Positions 41,274 through 49,347 of a DNA stretch of 64,000 nt are shown here, piece by piece; within the stretch, counting starts at the first letter, position 1, and each line of letters starts with the position of its first letter. The translations under genes and the position numbers were made by a program. Where the stretch lies: assembly GCF_017635265.1 (NCBI RefSeq), contig NZ_JAGBLU010000100.1, forward strand, positions 24,045-88,044. The letters are read 5' to 3'. The notes under the pieces were generated by a model. The model saw nothing but the letters and a program-made list of their open reading frames with translations, did not search any database and had not been told where the DNA came from. This stretch comes from Butyrivibrio sp. (GTDB lineage Bacteria; Bacillota; Clostridia; Lachnospirales; Lachnospiraceae).

Positions 41274-41325
41274 CAGTCAGACATTCAATAATTGAGAGCA
41301 CATTCACGATTAGGAGATTATATTT

Positions 41326-41799
41326 ATGTTAAAAAAGTATATCATTGTATTTTTGATTTCAATGGTTCCCCTTGTGGAGCTCAGAGGAGCAGTGCCTTAC
41401 GCAATTGCAATGGGACTTCCTGTTCTTCCGAGTTACATTATCGCAATCATCGGAAATATGGTACCGATGCCATTTATTTTCTTTTTTGCCAGAAAAGTTC
41501 TTGAATGGGGTAAAGATAAGCCTGTGATCGGTGGTTTCTTTACTTTCTGTCTTGAGAAGGGACATAAGGGCGGAGAAAAGTTAAAAGAGAAAGCGGGAAA
41601 AGGTTTATACTGGGCACTATTCCTGTTTGTAGGAATTCCACTTCCTGGAACAGGTGCATGGACAGGCACACTTGCTGCTTCAATCCTTGATATGGATTTC
41701 AAAAAGAGCGTTAGGGCAGTTGTTTGCGGCGTAGTACTTGCAGGTATTATAATGGGACTTGGAACCAAGATTGTTATGTTGATCGGAAGTCTGTTCTAA
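41326..41799 (+). CDS. COG2426 / 'small multidrug export' family membrane protein
   Basis: SMVPLVELRGAVP; FVGIPLPGTGAWTG. Confidence 0.88.
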   Translation: MLKKYIIVFLISMVPLVELRGAVPYAIAMGLPVLPSYIIAIIGNMVPMPFIFFFARKVLEWGKDKPVIGGFFTFCLEKGHKGGEKLKEKAGKGLYWALFLFVGIPLPGTGAWTGTLAASILDMDFKKSVRAVVCGVVLAGIIMGLGTKIVMLIGSLF

Positions 41800-41861
41800 T
41801 TGTTTGGAAATCGGCTTAGTAAGAGTAAACCAATAGTGATCAGCTAAAAAAAGGATTAAAC

Positions 41862-42743
41862 ATGGAAGCTTATACAGATTTTGCAAGTGTATATGATACA
41901 TTCATGGATGAAACCCCATACGAAGTATGGGGTAATTTTATTGCAGAATTAATTGAAAAATATGGTGTCAGCAGGCCTGTAAAAATTGAGAATGTCAATG
42001 AAAAAGCAATGGCTTTTGACAAGAATGAAAATGCTGAATCTGATTTAGAGGCAGATGTAATAGAAGATGGAAGCCAGGAAGCCCTTGATCAGGAGAAAAA
42101 TCTTGTGGTGGAGCTTGGATGTGGCACCGGCAGCTTTACAATCAGGATGGCAAAAAAAGGCTATGACATAATGGGAATCGATTTGTCTCCCGATATGCTT
42201 GATATTGCCAGAAATAAAGCAGCAAGAGAAGGATTGAATCTGATGTTTCTTGAACAGGACATGAGAGAACTTGATCTTTACTGTACTGCCGGAACTGTTA
42301 TCAGTGTCTGCGACAGCATAAATTATCTCCTTGAAGACAGTGATGTTATAGAAACCTTTAAGCTTGTGAATAACTTTCTTTTTCCCAAAGGGATATTCAT
42401 ATTTGATTTCAATACACTTCATAAGTACAGAGATGTTATAGGTGATGTGACAATTGCAGAAAACCGCGAAGATTGCAGTTTTATCTGGGATAATTATTAT
42501 CACGAAGATGTGCATATAAATGAATATGATCTGACAATATATGCTCTCTGTGATAAGGAAAAAGAGCTGTTCAAAAGGTCAGTTGAGACGCACTATCAAA
42601 GAGGCTACACTCTTGAAGAAATGATCTCATTTGTAAAAAAAGCGGGACTTGAATTTGTAACAGCCATTGATGCGGATGATCATAATGAGCCGACAGATAA
42701 CAGCGAGCGAATATATATTGTTGCCAGAGAGTCAGGCAAGTAA
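41862..42743 (+). CDS. Class I SAM-dependent methyltransferase
   Basis: MEAYTDFASVYD; ELGCGTG motif I; GIDLSPDML; QDMREL; CDSINY. Confidence 0.9.
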   Translation: MEAYTDFASVYDTFMDETPYEVWGNFIAELIEKYGVSRPVKIENVNEKAMAFDKNENAESDLEADVIEDGSQEALDQEKNLVVELGCGTGSFTIRMAKKGYDIMGIDLSPDMLDIARNKAAREGLNLMFLEQDMRELDLYCTAGTVISVCDSINYLLEDSDVIETFKLVNNFLFPKGIFIFDFNTLHKYRDVIGDVTIAENREDCSFIWDNYYHEDVHINEYDLTIYALCDKEKELFKRSVETHYQRGYTLEEMISFVKKAGLEFVTAIDADDHNEPTDNSERIYIVARESGK

Positions 42744-42918
42744 GTTAGAGTATCCGGTAAGTTTATATTTCAGATACATTGTTGTGTTTGCAGAGTATTT
42801 ATAAGGAACAATACAGAATAACATTGGTTTACATATCTGGGCAAATATATTAAAATAACGTGTATGCTTTGAAAAAAGATAAAAATTTATAATAAAAAAG
42901 AAATAGGAGTATTAGATT

Positions 42919-43425
42919 ATGGCATTACTTAAAAAATGGCGTGATATGGCTTATTCTGAGACTGCTGATAAGGGTAGCCTTCAGAAATTATGGACAGAGT
43001 ATTTTCAGAAAGAGCGTGATATTTACGCAACTCTTTTAAAGAACCCCGATGAAGTTGTAAAGGGAACTGTAAAAGAACTGGCTGAAAAGTACGGCGTAGA
43101 TATCATGACTATGGTTGGATTCCTTGATGGTATCAACGATTCCCTTAAAGAGCAGAATCCAATCGATGATATGGAAGAGGATACAGAGGTTAACCTTGGC
43201 TTTGACAAGGAACTTCTTTATAAGAACATGGTAAATGCCGGTGCTGACTGGCTTTACAACCTTACAGAGTGGGAAGCTATCTTTGATGAGGACAAGAGAA
43301 AGGCTCTTTACAAAGAGGAGAAGGCTTCACACACAGTCAGAAAAGAAAACAAGGTATATCCTAACGATCCATGTCCATGCGGGAGTGGCAAAAAGTACAA
43401 GAAGTGCCACGGCAAAAACGCTTAA
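42919..43425 (+). CDS. SEC-C metal-binding-domain protein
   Basis: C-terminal [19 protein letters not shown]. Confidence 0.92.
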   Translation: MALLKKWRDMAYSETADKGSLQKLWTEYFQKERDIYATLLKNPDEVVKGTVKELAEKYGVDIMTMVGFLDGINDSLKEQNPIDDMEEDTEVNLGFDKELLYKNMVNAGADWLYNLTEWEAIFDEDKRKALYKEEKASHTVRKENKVYPNDPCPCGSGKKYKKCHGKNA

Positions 43426-43432
43426 TTTGAGA

Positions 43433-43523
43433 TATTGATCTGACAGGTAGAAATATTGAGTTTATGTATGAAGGGCTTGCTCATTCATATGTAAATGTCG
43501 GTATTTCTATTTGTTGATTAATA
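43433..43523 (+). other. Long G-U-rich RNA hairpin between the SEC-C gene and thrS
   Basis: TATTGAT-c-TGACAGGTAGAAATATTGA-GTTTATGTATGAA...TTCATATGTAAAT-g-TCGGTATTTCTATTTGTTG-ATTAATA pairs nearly continuously only if G-U pairs are allowed on the + strand. Confidence 0.7.
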
Positions 43524-43543
43524 CAATATAAATAATGAAAGAG

Positions 43544-43564
43544 GCTGCTCCCGGTAGGGGTAGC
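43544..43564 (+). promoter_or_regulatory. Putative tRNA-Thr anticodon-mimic translational operator of thrS
   Basis: 7-bp stem GCTGCTC/GGGTAGC with a 7-nt loop CC-GGT-AG, immediately 5' of the AAAGGA RBS. Confidence 0.45.
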
Positions 43565-43580
43565 ACGAAAGGATGAAAAA

Positions 43581-45458
43581 ATGAATAAAGAAGAGTATTT
43601 ACAAGTTTACCGTCACTCACTTGCGCACATTCTTGCCAAGGCAGTTATCGAGCTTTACGGTGAGGAAGTTCAGTATGCTATCGGACCTCAGATCGAGGAT
43701 GGATGCTACTATGATTTCGTTCTTCCAAAGGCTGTAACACAGGATGACTTCAAGACTATTGAAGATAAGATGCGCGAGATCATCAAAAGAAGAGAGGATT
43801 GGACACGCAAAGAGGTCTCAAAGTCGGAGGCACTTGAAATGTTCAAGAATCAGAAGTTCAAAACAGAACTTATCAATGACCTTCCGGAGGACGAGGTAAT
43901 CACTGTTTACTATACAGGTGAGGATTATGTGGATCTTTGCCGCGGACCTCACGTAGAAAATTCTCAGGAACTCTTTAATGCTTCTTATCAGATCAAGTCT
44001 GTGTCAGGTGCATACTGGAGAGGCGATGAGCACAGAGATCAGCTTTCAAGAATCTATCTTTATGCTTTCCCAAGCAAAGATGAGCTTAAACAGCACATCA
44101 AGATGATTCAGGAAGCTATGGAGAGAGATCACAAGAAAATCGGTGCAGCGCTTGATCTTTTTATGTTTGATGAAACTGCTCCCGGAATGCCTTACTGGCT
44201 TCCAAGAGGATGGAAGATGTATCAGGCACTTCTTAAGTATTCAAGAGAAGTACAGGAGAGACATGGCTATACAGAAATAGCAGCACCGCTTGTTAACAAT
44301 AAAAAGCTTTGGCTTATCAGTGGTCACTGGGCTCATTACGTAAACAACATGTTCATGGTTCCTGGTGTTTCAGGATGGCTTAAGGCAGACGCTGAGATTC
44401 CTGGTGTACTTGAGAACATCAATGAGCCTGCAGAAGAGCCAAAGAACATCAAGATCCAGGCTGGTTCAGTTATCTACAATCGTGAGCAGGATGACACAAT
44501 GGCAGCTAAGCCAATGAACTGTCCTAATGCCATGATGACATACAAGAGAACAAATCACTCCTATAAGGAACTTCCTATCCGTTACAGCGAGTATGATGTT
44601 CTTCACCGTAAAGAAAAGTCAGGACAGATGAATGGTCTTTTCCGTGTTCAGGAGTTCCGTCAGGATGATGACCATACATTCGTAATGGAATCTCAGATAA
44701 AAGAGGAGATTGCAGACGTTATCTCTATCGCAGATGAGATCTACAAGACATTCGGTGTAACATACAGAGCTGAGCTCTCAACAAGACCAGAAGACTTCAT
44801 GGGTGATATTGAAGTTTGGAACAGAGCTGAGGCTGCTCTTAAGGAAATTCTTGATGAAAAGTACGGTGAGGGCGGATATGAAGTTAATGAAGGAGACGGC
44901 GCTTTCTACGGTCCTAAGATTGACCTTCAGATCAAGGACGCTCTCGGAAGAGAATGGCAGTGCGGAACCGTACAGCTTGACTTCCAGCTTCCTCATAACT
45001 TTGGCCTTACATATCAGGCACAGGACGGAACAATGCAGATGCCTGTAGTTATTCACAGAGCTATTTATGGTTCACTTGAAAGATTCATCGGTATCATTAT
45101 CGAGAACTTTAAGGGTGTATTCCCGTTCTGGCTCAGCCCATATCAGGTAGGTATCGTTCCTATCAGAGTTGAGCACAATGAATATGCACAGAAGGTAGAA
45201 AAAGCCCTTATGGCAGCAGGAGTTCGTGTTGAGGCTGATTACTCTGACAACAACATGAAAGAGAAGATCAAAAAGTTCAAGAACTACAAGGATCCATACA
45301 TTCTTGTAATCGGAGACAAGGAAGCTGCTGAAGGAACAGTATCTATCAATGTACGCGGTTCAAACAAGCAGGTTCAGAATGTTCCTTTGGACACATTTGT
45401 AGAGATGTGCAAAAAGCTTAATACAGAACATTCACTTGAACTTATAGAGTCACTTTAA
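43581..45458 (+). CDS. thrS: Threonyl-tRNA synthetase (no N-terminal TGS domain; about 40-aa catalytic-domain insertion)
   Basis: RHSLAHILA; DLCRGPHV; SGAYWRG; RDHKKIG; KPMNCP; QDDDH; FYGPKID; QCGTVQLDF; IHRAIYGSLERF. Confidence 0.97.
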   Translation: MNKEEYLQVYRHSLAHILAKAVIELYGEEVQYAIGPQIEDGCYYDFVLPKAVTQDDFKTIEDKMREIIKRREDWTRKEVSKSEALEMFKNQKFKTELINDLPEDEVITVYYTGEDYVDLCRGPHVENSQELFNASYQIKSVSGAYWRGDEHRDQLSRIYLYAFPSKDELKQHIKMIQEAMERDHKKIGAALDLFMFDETAPGMPYWLPRGWKMYQALLKYSREVQERHGYTEIAAPLVNNKKLWLISGHWAHYVNNMFMVPGVSGWLKADAEIPGVLENINEPAEEPKNIKIQAGSVIYNREQDDTMAAKPMNCPNAMMTYKRTNHSYKELPIRYSEYDVLHRKEKSGQMNGLFRVQEFRQDDDHTFVMESQIKEEIADVISIADEIYKTFGVTYRAELSTRPEDFMGDIEVWNRAEAALKEILDEKYGEGGYEVNEGDGAFYGPKIDLQIKDALGREWQCGTVQLDFQLPHNFGLTYQAQDGTMQMPVVIHRAIYGSLERFIGIIIENFKGVFPFWLSPYQVGIVPIRVEHNEYAQKVEKALMAAGVRVEADYSDNNMKEKIKKFKNYKDPYILVIGDKEAAEGTVSINVRGSNKQVQNVPLDTFVEMCKKLNTEHSLELIESL

Positions 45459-45465
45459 TAAATCA

Positions 45466-45497
45466 TAGGCACAGCTATTTATTGGCTGTGCCTATTT
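45466..45497 (+). terminator. Intrinsic terminator after thrS
   Basis: ATAGGCACAGCTA-ttat-TGGCTGTGCCTAT-TT. Confidence 0.7.
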
Positions 45498-45508
45498 AAG
45501 AGGTTTTA

Positions 45509-47137
45509 ATGTCTGAAAAAAAGATCAAAGTTGTAAAAGACTGTATAGGTGTATGTTTTATTGTTTCAGCTCTTTATTTTTTGGTTAGGGCTTTTCTTTT
45601 GACCTTTTCGGTGGATATTTGGTATGATGAGCTCTTTTCCATGGAATTTGCCAAAAGAAGTTTTAGTGAACTTATAAGCCTTACGTCAAGAGATGTCCAT
45701 CCGCCTTTATATTACATAATCGTTAGAATATTTTTACTCATGGGAAATGGTATGGGAGTGCCGTTAGAGACAATAGCAAAGTCTGTTTCTATTGTGCCGT
45801 TTCTGTTGATGTTTATTTATGGAGTTACCTTTGTCAGGAAAAACTTTGGCTTGTTAAGCTGCGGAATATTTTGTTTTGCAATTGTAACCATGCCGGGACT
45901 TCCTGAATATACTACAGAAATACGAATGTATAGCTGGGCAATGTTTTTTGTGACAGCTTTTTTGATACATGCGCTTAATCTGATGAGAAATTACCTAAAT
46001 GGAACAGGCAAATGGGATTTGGTAAATGGTGCTGCAATTTATCTGTATGGAACAGCCGCTTTTTACACTCATTATTATGCTGCTCTTTCAGTTGGAATAA
46101 TTTATTCTTACGTCTTTATCTGGATGATTGTTGTTTATGTTAAGGTTATGAGGGATAAAGTTAAAGGCAAAAAACCTCTTAACCTAAAGATGCTCTCAAC
46201 ACTTATAATAAGCGCAAATTTATCTGCTGTTTCCTATATTCCATGGCTATCGGTTCTTTTTGGGCAGGTAAATACCGTCAGCAGTAACTATTGGATACAG
46301 CCTGTAGGTATAAGAACTTTCGGCAGCTGTATAAAATATCTTTTTAGCGGATATTTCACAAACTCTCTGATAACTGTAATTATTGCCGTTATATTGTTTG
46401 CACTTTCTGCATTTACAGCAGTTTCCAATATATACAGGCTTATCAAAAGACAATATGAAGACGAAATACAGAAAATAAGAGATTTTCAGTCACTGATTGC
46501 TATAGCGGTTCTTCCAATGCTTGCAATAGTTGGAATAATAGCTTCAATCCTCATAAGACCTGTTTTTGTGAACAGGTACATGATACCGGCTCTTGGGGCA
46601 TTTTATCTTGCGGTAAGCATTGAAATAGGAAGAACATTTGCTGTAAAAAAAGTTTCAAGGCCTATTCAGATAGCCTTTTGCATATTCGGACTTTTGATCG
46701 CCATAGTCGGAATCACTGATTTTAATGCTTTTATTGGCAACGAAGAGTACCGCATAGTTAATATGGAAAAGACTGCTGAATTTTTTGATGAGCTTGATTC
46801 CGATACTCTTATAATCAGTAATTTTAATCAGGTACAGGCTCTGCTTGCATATTACCTTAATAATGACGAAACAGAGGATGAGCACAAAATTTATCTGTAT
46901 TACGGAGAGCCTGAAGTATTGGTGGATGATATGCTTTCAGGGTTGTATACTATAGAGGACTCGGTAGATGTAAAAAATTATCTTTTATCGGGGAAAAGAG
47001 TCCTTTTCCTTGGGAGTTTTAACAGCAGGGAAGTTATTCTGAATGAGTGGAATGAGGACTATGGTATAACATATGAAAACCTTGGCAGTTTTCTAATGGA
47101 AAGATATTGGTTTGATGTATTTGAATTAAGTCTTTGA
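45509..47137 (+). CDS. GT-C fold membrane glycosyltransferase (GT39/PMT-like)
   Basis: IWYDELFS; DVHPPLYY; EIRMYSW; YTHYYA; many TM segments. Confidence 0.78.
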   Translation: MSEKKIKVVKDCIGVCFIVSALYFLVRAFLLTFSVDIWYDELFSMEFAKRSFSELISLTSRDVHPPLYYIIVRIFLLMGNGMGVPLETIAKSVSIVPFLLMFIYGVTFVRKNFGLLSCGIFCFAIVTMPGLPEYTTEIRMYSWAMFFVTAFLIHALNLMRNYLNGTGKWDLVNGAAIYLYGTAAFYTHYYAALSVGIIYSYVFIWMIVVYVKVMRDKVKGKKPLNLKMLSTLIISANLSAVSYIPWLSVLFGQVNTVSSNYWIQPVGIRTFGSCIKYLFSGYFTNSLITVIIAVILFALSAFTAVSNIYRLIKRQYEDEIQKIRDFQSLIAIAVLPMLAIVGIIASILIRPVFVNRYMIPALGAFYLAVSIEIGRTFAVKKVSRPIQIAFCIFGLLIAIVGITDFNAFIGNEEYRIVNMEKTAEFFDELDSDTLIISNFNQVQALLAYYLNNDETEDEHKIYLYYGEPEVLVDDMLSGLYTIEDSVDVKNYLLSGKRVLFLGSFNSREVILNEWNEDYGITYENLGSFLMERYWFDVFELSL

Positions 47138-47246
47138 TGGATAATAGATTAGTGTGCGGGCTTGTTTATTTTTAATCAGATTCATATACAAGCGATTTGG
47201 TTAATTATGGATGAGGCAGTACACCAGTGTTGACAGGGGTGGAAAT

Positions 47247-47831
47247 ATGAAAAAACTAAAGACCGCTACATGGGTAGCTTTGGCATTTACAATAGCTTTT
47301 GTTTGTAGTATCGGGGTTTGCGCAAAGGATGAACTTAAAGAGGCAAGGCAGTGTACGTTTGTGATTCCGTCGGAGTTTACGCTGGAGTCAGAATCCGGGC
47401 TGTTTGTAAACAGAAATGAGCCCATGGAATCATCTTCCATTAGCTATGATATTTATGATAATGGAAAAGATATAGCGCTTACCAACAGGGAAAAGAAAAT
47501 GAATCCTGCTTCAATAGAAAAGGCTTCTATTGATAATACTTCAAATCTTACAAAATCAGAGTATGAAAAAGTAATTTCGGCATCTTATAAAGAAACTCTT
47601 GGGGAAGATGTGAAATTTAATGTTGATAGTTTTGAAAATGTGACAATCGACGGATATCCGGCATATCATATAGAGTCCAGTCTGTCAGTTTCGGGGCAGC
47701 AGACAATATATCAGAGTGTTTACATGATTTTGTCTAAGTACAAAACTTTTACAATAACATATCAAAGAGCTGAAGATGATCAGTGTCAGGAACTGTTTGA
47801 AACTAGCGCAGCAACCATACATGTAAGTTGA
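47247..47831 (+). CDS. Secreted hypothetical protein (possibly PsbP/Mog1-like fold)
   Basis: Signal peptide; C-terminal VTIDGYPAYHI...QSVYMI...FTITY...LFETSAATIHV pattern. Confidence 0.65.
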   Translation: MKKLKTATWVALAFTIAFVCSIGVCAKDELKEARQCTFVIPSEFTLESESGLFVNRNEPMESSSISYDIYDNGKDIALTNREKKMNPASIEKASIDNTSNLTKSEYEKVISASYKETLGEDVKFNVDSFENVTIDGYPAYHIESSLSVSGQQTIYQSVYMILSKYKTFTITYQRAEDDQCQELFETSAATIHVS

Positions 47832-47984
47832 ATAAGCTCAAATTATTATTTTTATAGTATATATCAGTATTTATATGCTTTTGGAGCTGGTTACCGTTAG
47901 CGACTGTATTGTAGTCGGTTACGGTATCCGCATCCGGCCGGATTTAGTAAGATATTAAACTGGCGGTATCAGAGGAGGAAAGTT

Positions 47985-49346
47985 ATGCGAATTATCATAG
48001 TGGGCTGTGGAAATGTTGGACAGACTCTTACTCAGCAGCTCAGTAAGGAAGGCCACTACATCACTGTAATCGAAGAAAAAAGCAGCGTGGTTCAGAACGT
48101 TGTAAACAGTTTTGATGTAATGGGAATAGTAGGCAACGGAGCAAGTTACTCAATCATGAAGGATGCCGGAATCGAGAAAGCGGATCTTATGGTTGCGGTA
48201 ACGGATTCGGATGAGCTTAATCTTTTGTGTTGTCTTATAGCCAAAAAGGCAGGTAATTGTCACACCATTGCGAGAGTTCGCAATCCCGTATACAAAAAGG
48301 AAATCAATTTCATAAAAGAAGAACTTGGTCTGTCAATGGTAATAAATCCTGAGGAGGCAGCTGCCAATGAAGCAGCAAGACTGCTTAAGCTTCCTTCGGC
48401 AACCAAGATAGAGACTTTTGCCAGAGGCAGAGCTGAGCTTATTAAAATGGTAATAAGCGAGGATTCAAGACTTTGTGATAAGGCACTTAAAGATATACCT
48501 GCCGATCTTAAAAGGCAGGTTATTATTTCAGTTGTTTCGAGAAATAATGAAGTATACATCCCTGACGGTAGCTTTATCTTAAGAGCGGGAGATGAAATAA
48601 CAATTATCGGATCAAGCAGAAATACACTTAATTTCTTCAAAAAGCTTGGTCTACCAACCGCCAAGGTTCATTCGACAATCATAGTCGGAGGTGGAGAAAC
48701 CGGATACTATCTGGCAGGCCAGCTTATTTCATTCGGTATTAAAGTAACTATTTTTGATAAAGATCCTGCGCGATGCAAAGAGCTTTCAGAGCTTCTTCCA
48801 CAGGCACTTATCATAAACGGTGACGGTACCGACAAAGATATGCTTTTGGAAGAGGGAATCACCAGTGCGGGTTCATTTGCTTCTCTTACAAACCTTGACG
48901 AAGAAAACATCATGCTTTCTATGTACGTAAAAACCATAAATCCAAAGGCTAAACTAATTACCAAGGTTCACAGAGTAAATTATGGTGAGATTATAGGATC
49001 ACTTGATATAGGAAGTATCATTTATCCTAAAAATATTACAGCTGACAGGATTGTGCAGTTTGTAAGAGGTATGTCTGCATCAAAAGACAGCAACATCGAA
49101 GCACTTTACAAGCTCAATGATGAGAGAGTTGAAGCTCTTGAGTTCATCGTCAGAAGCGGAAGCCGTGTAATAGGGGTACCTCTTTCCGAGCTTAACCTTA
49201 AAAAGGGAATTCTTATTGCCTGCATAAATCATTATGGCGAGATCATATCTCCCAGCGGTGACAGTGTTATAAGAGACAGGGATTCAGTAATCGTCGTTAC
49301 AACCCTTACTGGTCTAAATGATATTAATGACATACTGGAGAAGTGA
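47985..49346 (+). CDS. trkA: Trk potassium uptake NAD-binding subunit
   Basis: Two RCK/KTN repeats (IIIVGCGNVG; IIVGGGETG); AVTDSDELN; GAGGAGG RBS. Confidence 0.93.
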   Translation: MRIIIVGCGNVGQTLTQQLSKEGHYITVIEEKSSVVQNVVNSFDVMGIVGNGASYSIMKDAGIEKADLMVAVTDSDELNLLCCLIAKKAGNCHTIARVRNPVYKKEINFIKEELGLSMVINPEEAAANEAARLLKLPSATKIETFARGRAELIKMVISEDSRLCDKALKDIPADLKRQVIISVVSRNNEVYIPDGSFILRAGDEITIIGSSRNTLNFFKKLGLPTAKVHSTIIVGGGETGYYLAGQLISFGIKVTIFDKDPARCKELSELLPQALIINGDGTDKDMLLEEGITSAGSFASLTNLDEENIMLSMYVKTINPKAKLITKVHRVNYGEIIGSLDIGSIIYPKNITADRIVQFVRGMSASKDSNIEALYKLNDERVEALEFIVRSGSRVIGVPLSELNLKKGILIACINHYGEIISPSGDSVIRDRDSVIVVTTLTGLNDINDILEK

Positions 49347-49347
49347 C

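Noticed and set aside
40435-41307. Short ORFs with 17-aa and 9-aa repeats (40629-40871, 40654-40890, 41022-41252, 41086-41307)
   Set aside because: The periods (51 and 27 bp) are multiples of 3, so several frames stay open by chance. I see no clear RBS, and conservation follows DNA palindromic motifs rather than codons.
43426-43580. T-box riboswitch upstream of thrS
   Set aside because: No T-box bulge consensus, specifier stem motifs or terminator, and the region is short for a full T-box.
44355-44507. Intein or intron in thrS
   Set aside because: The insertion is only ~40 aa and in frame, with no C/S...HN splice motifs or intron structure.
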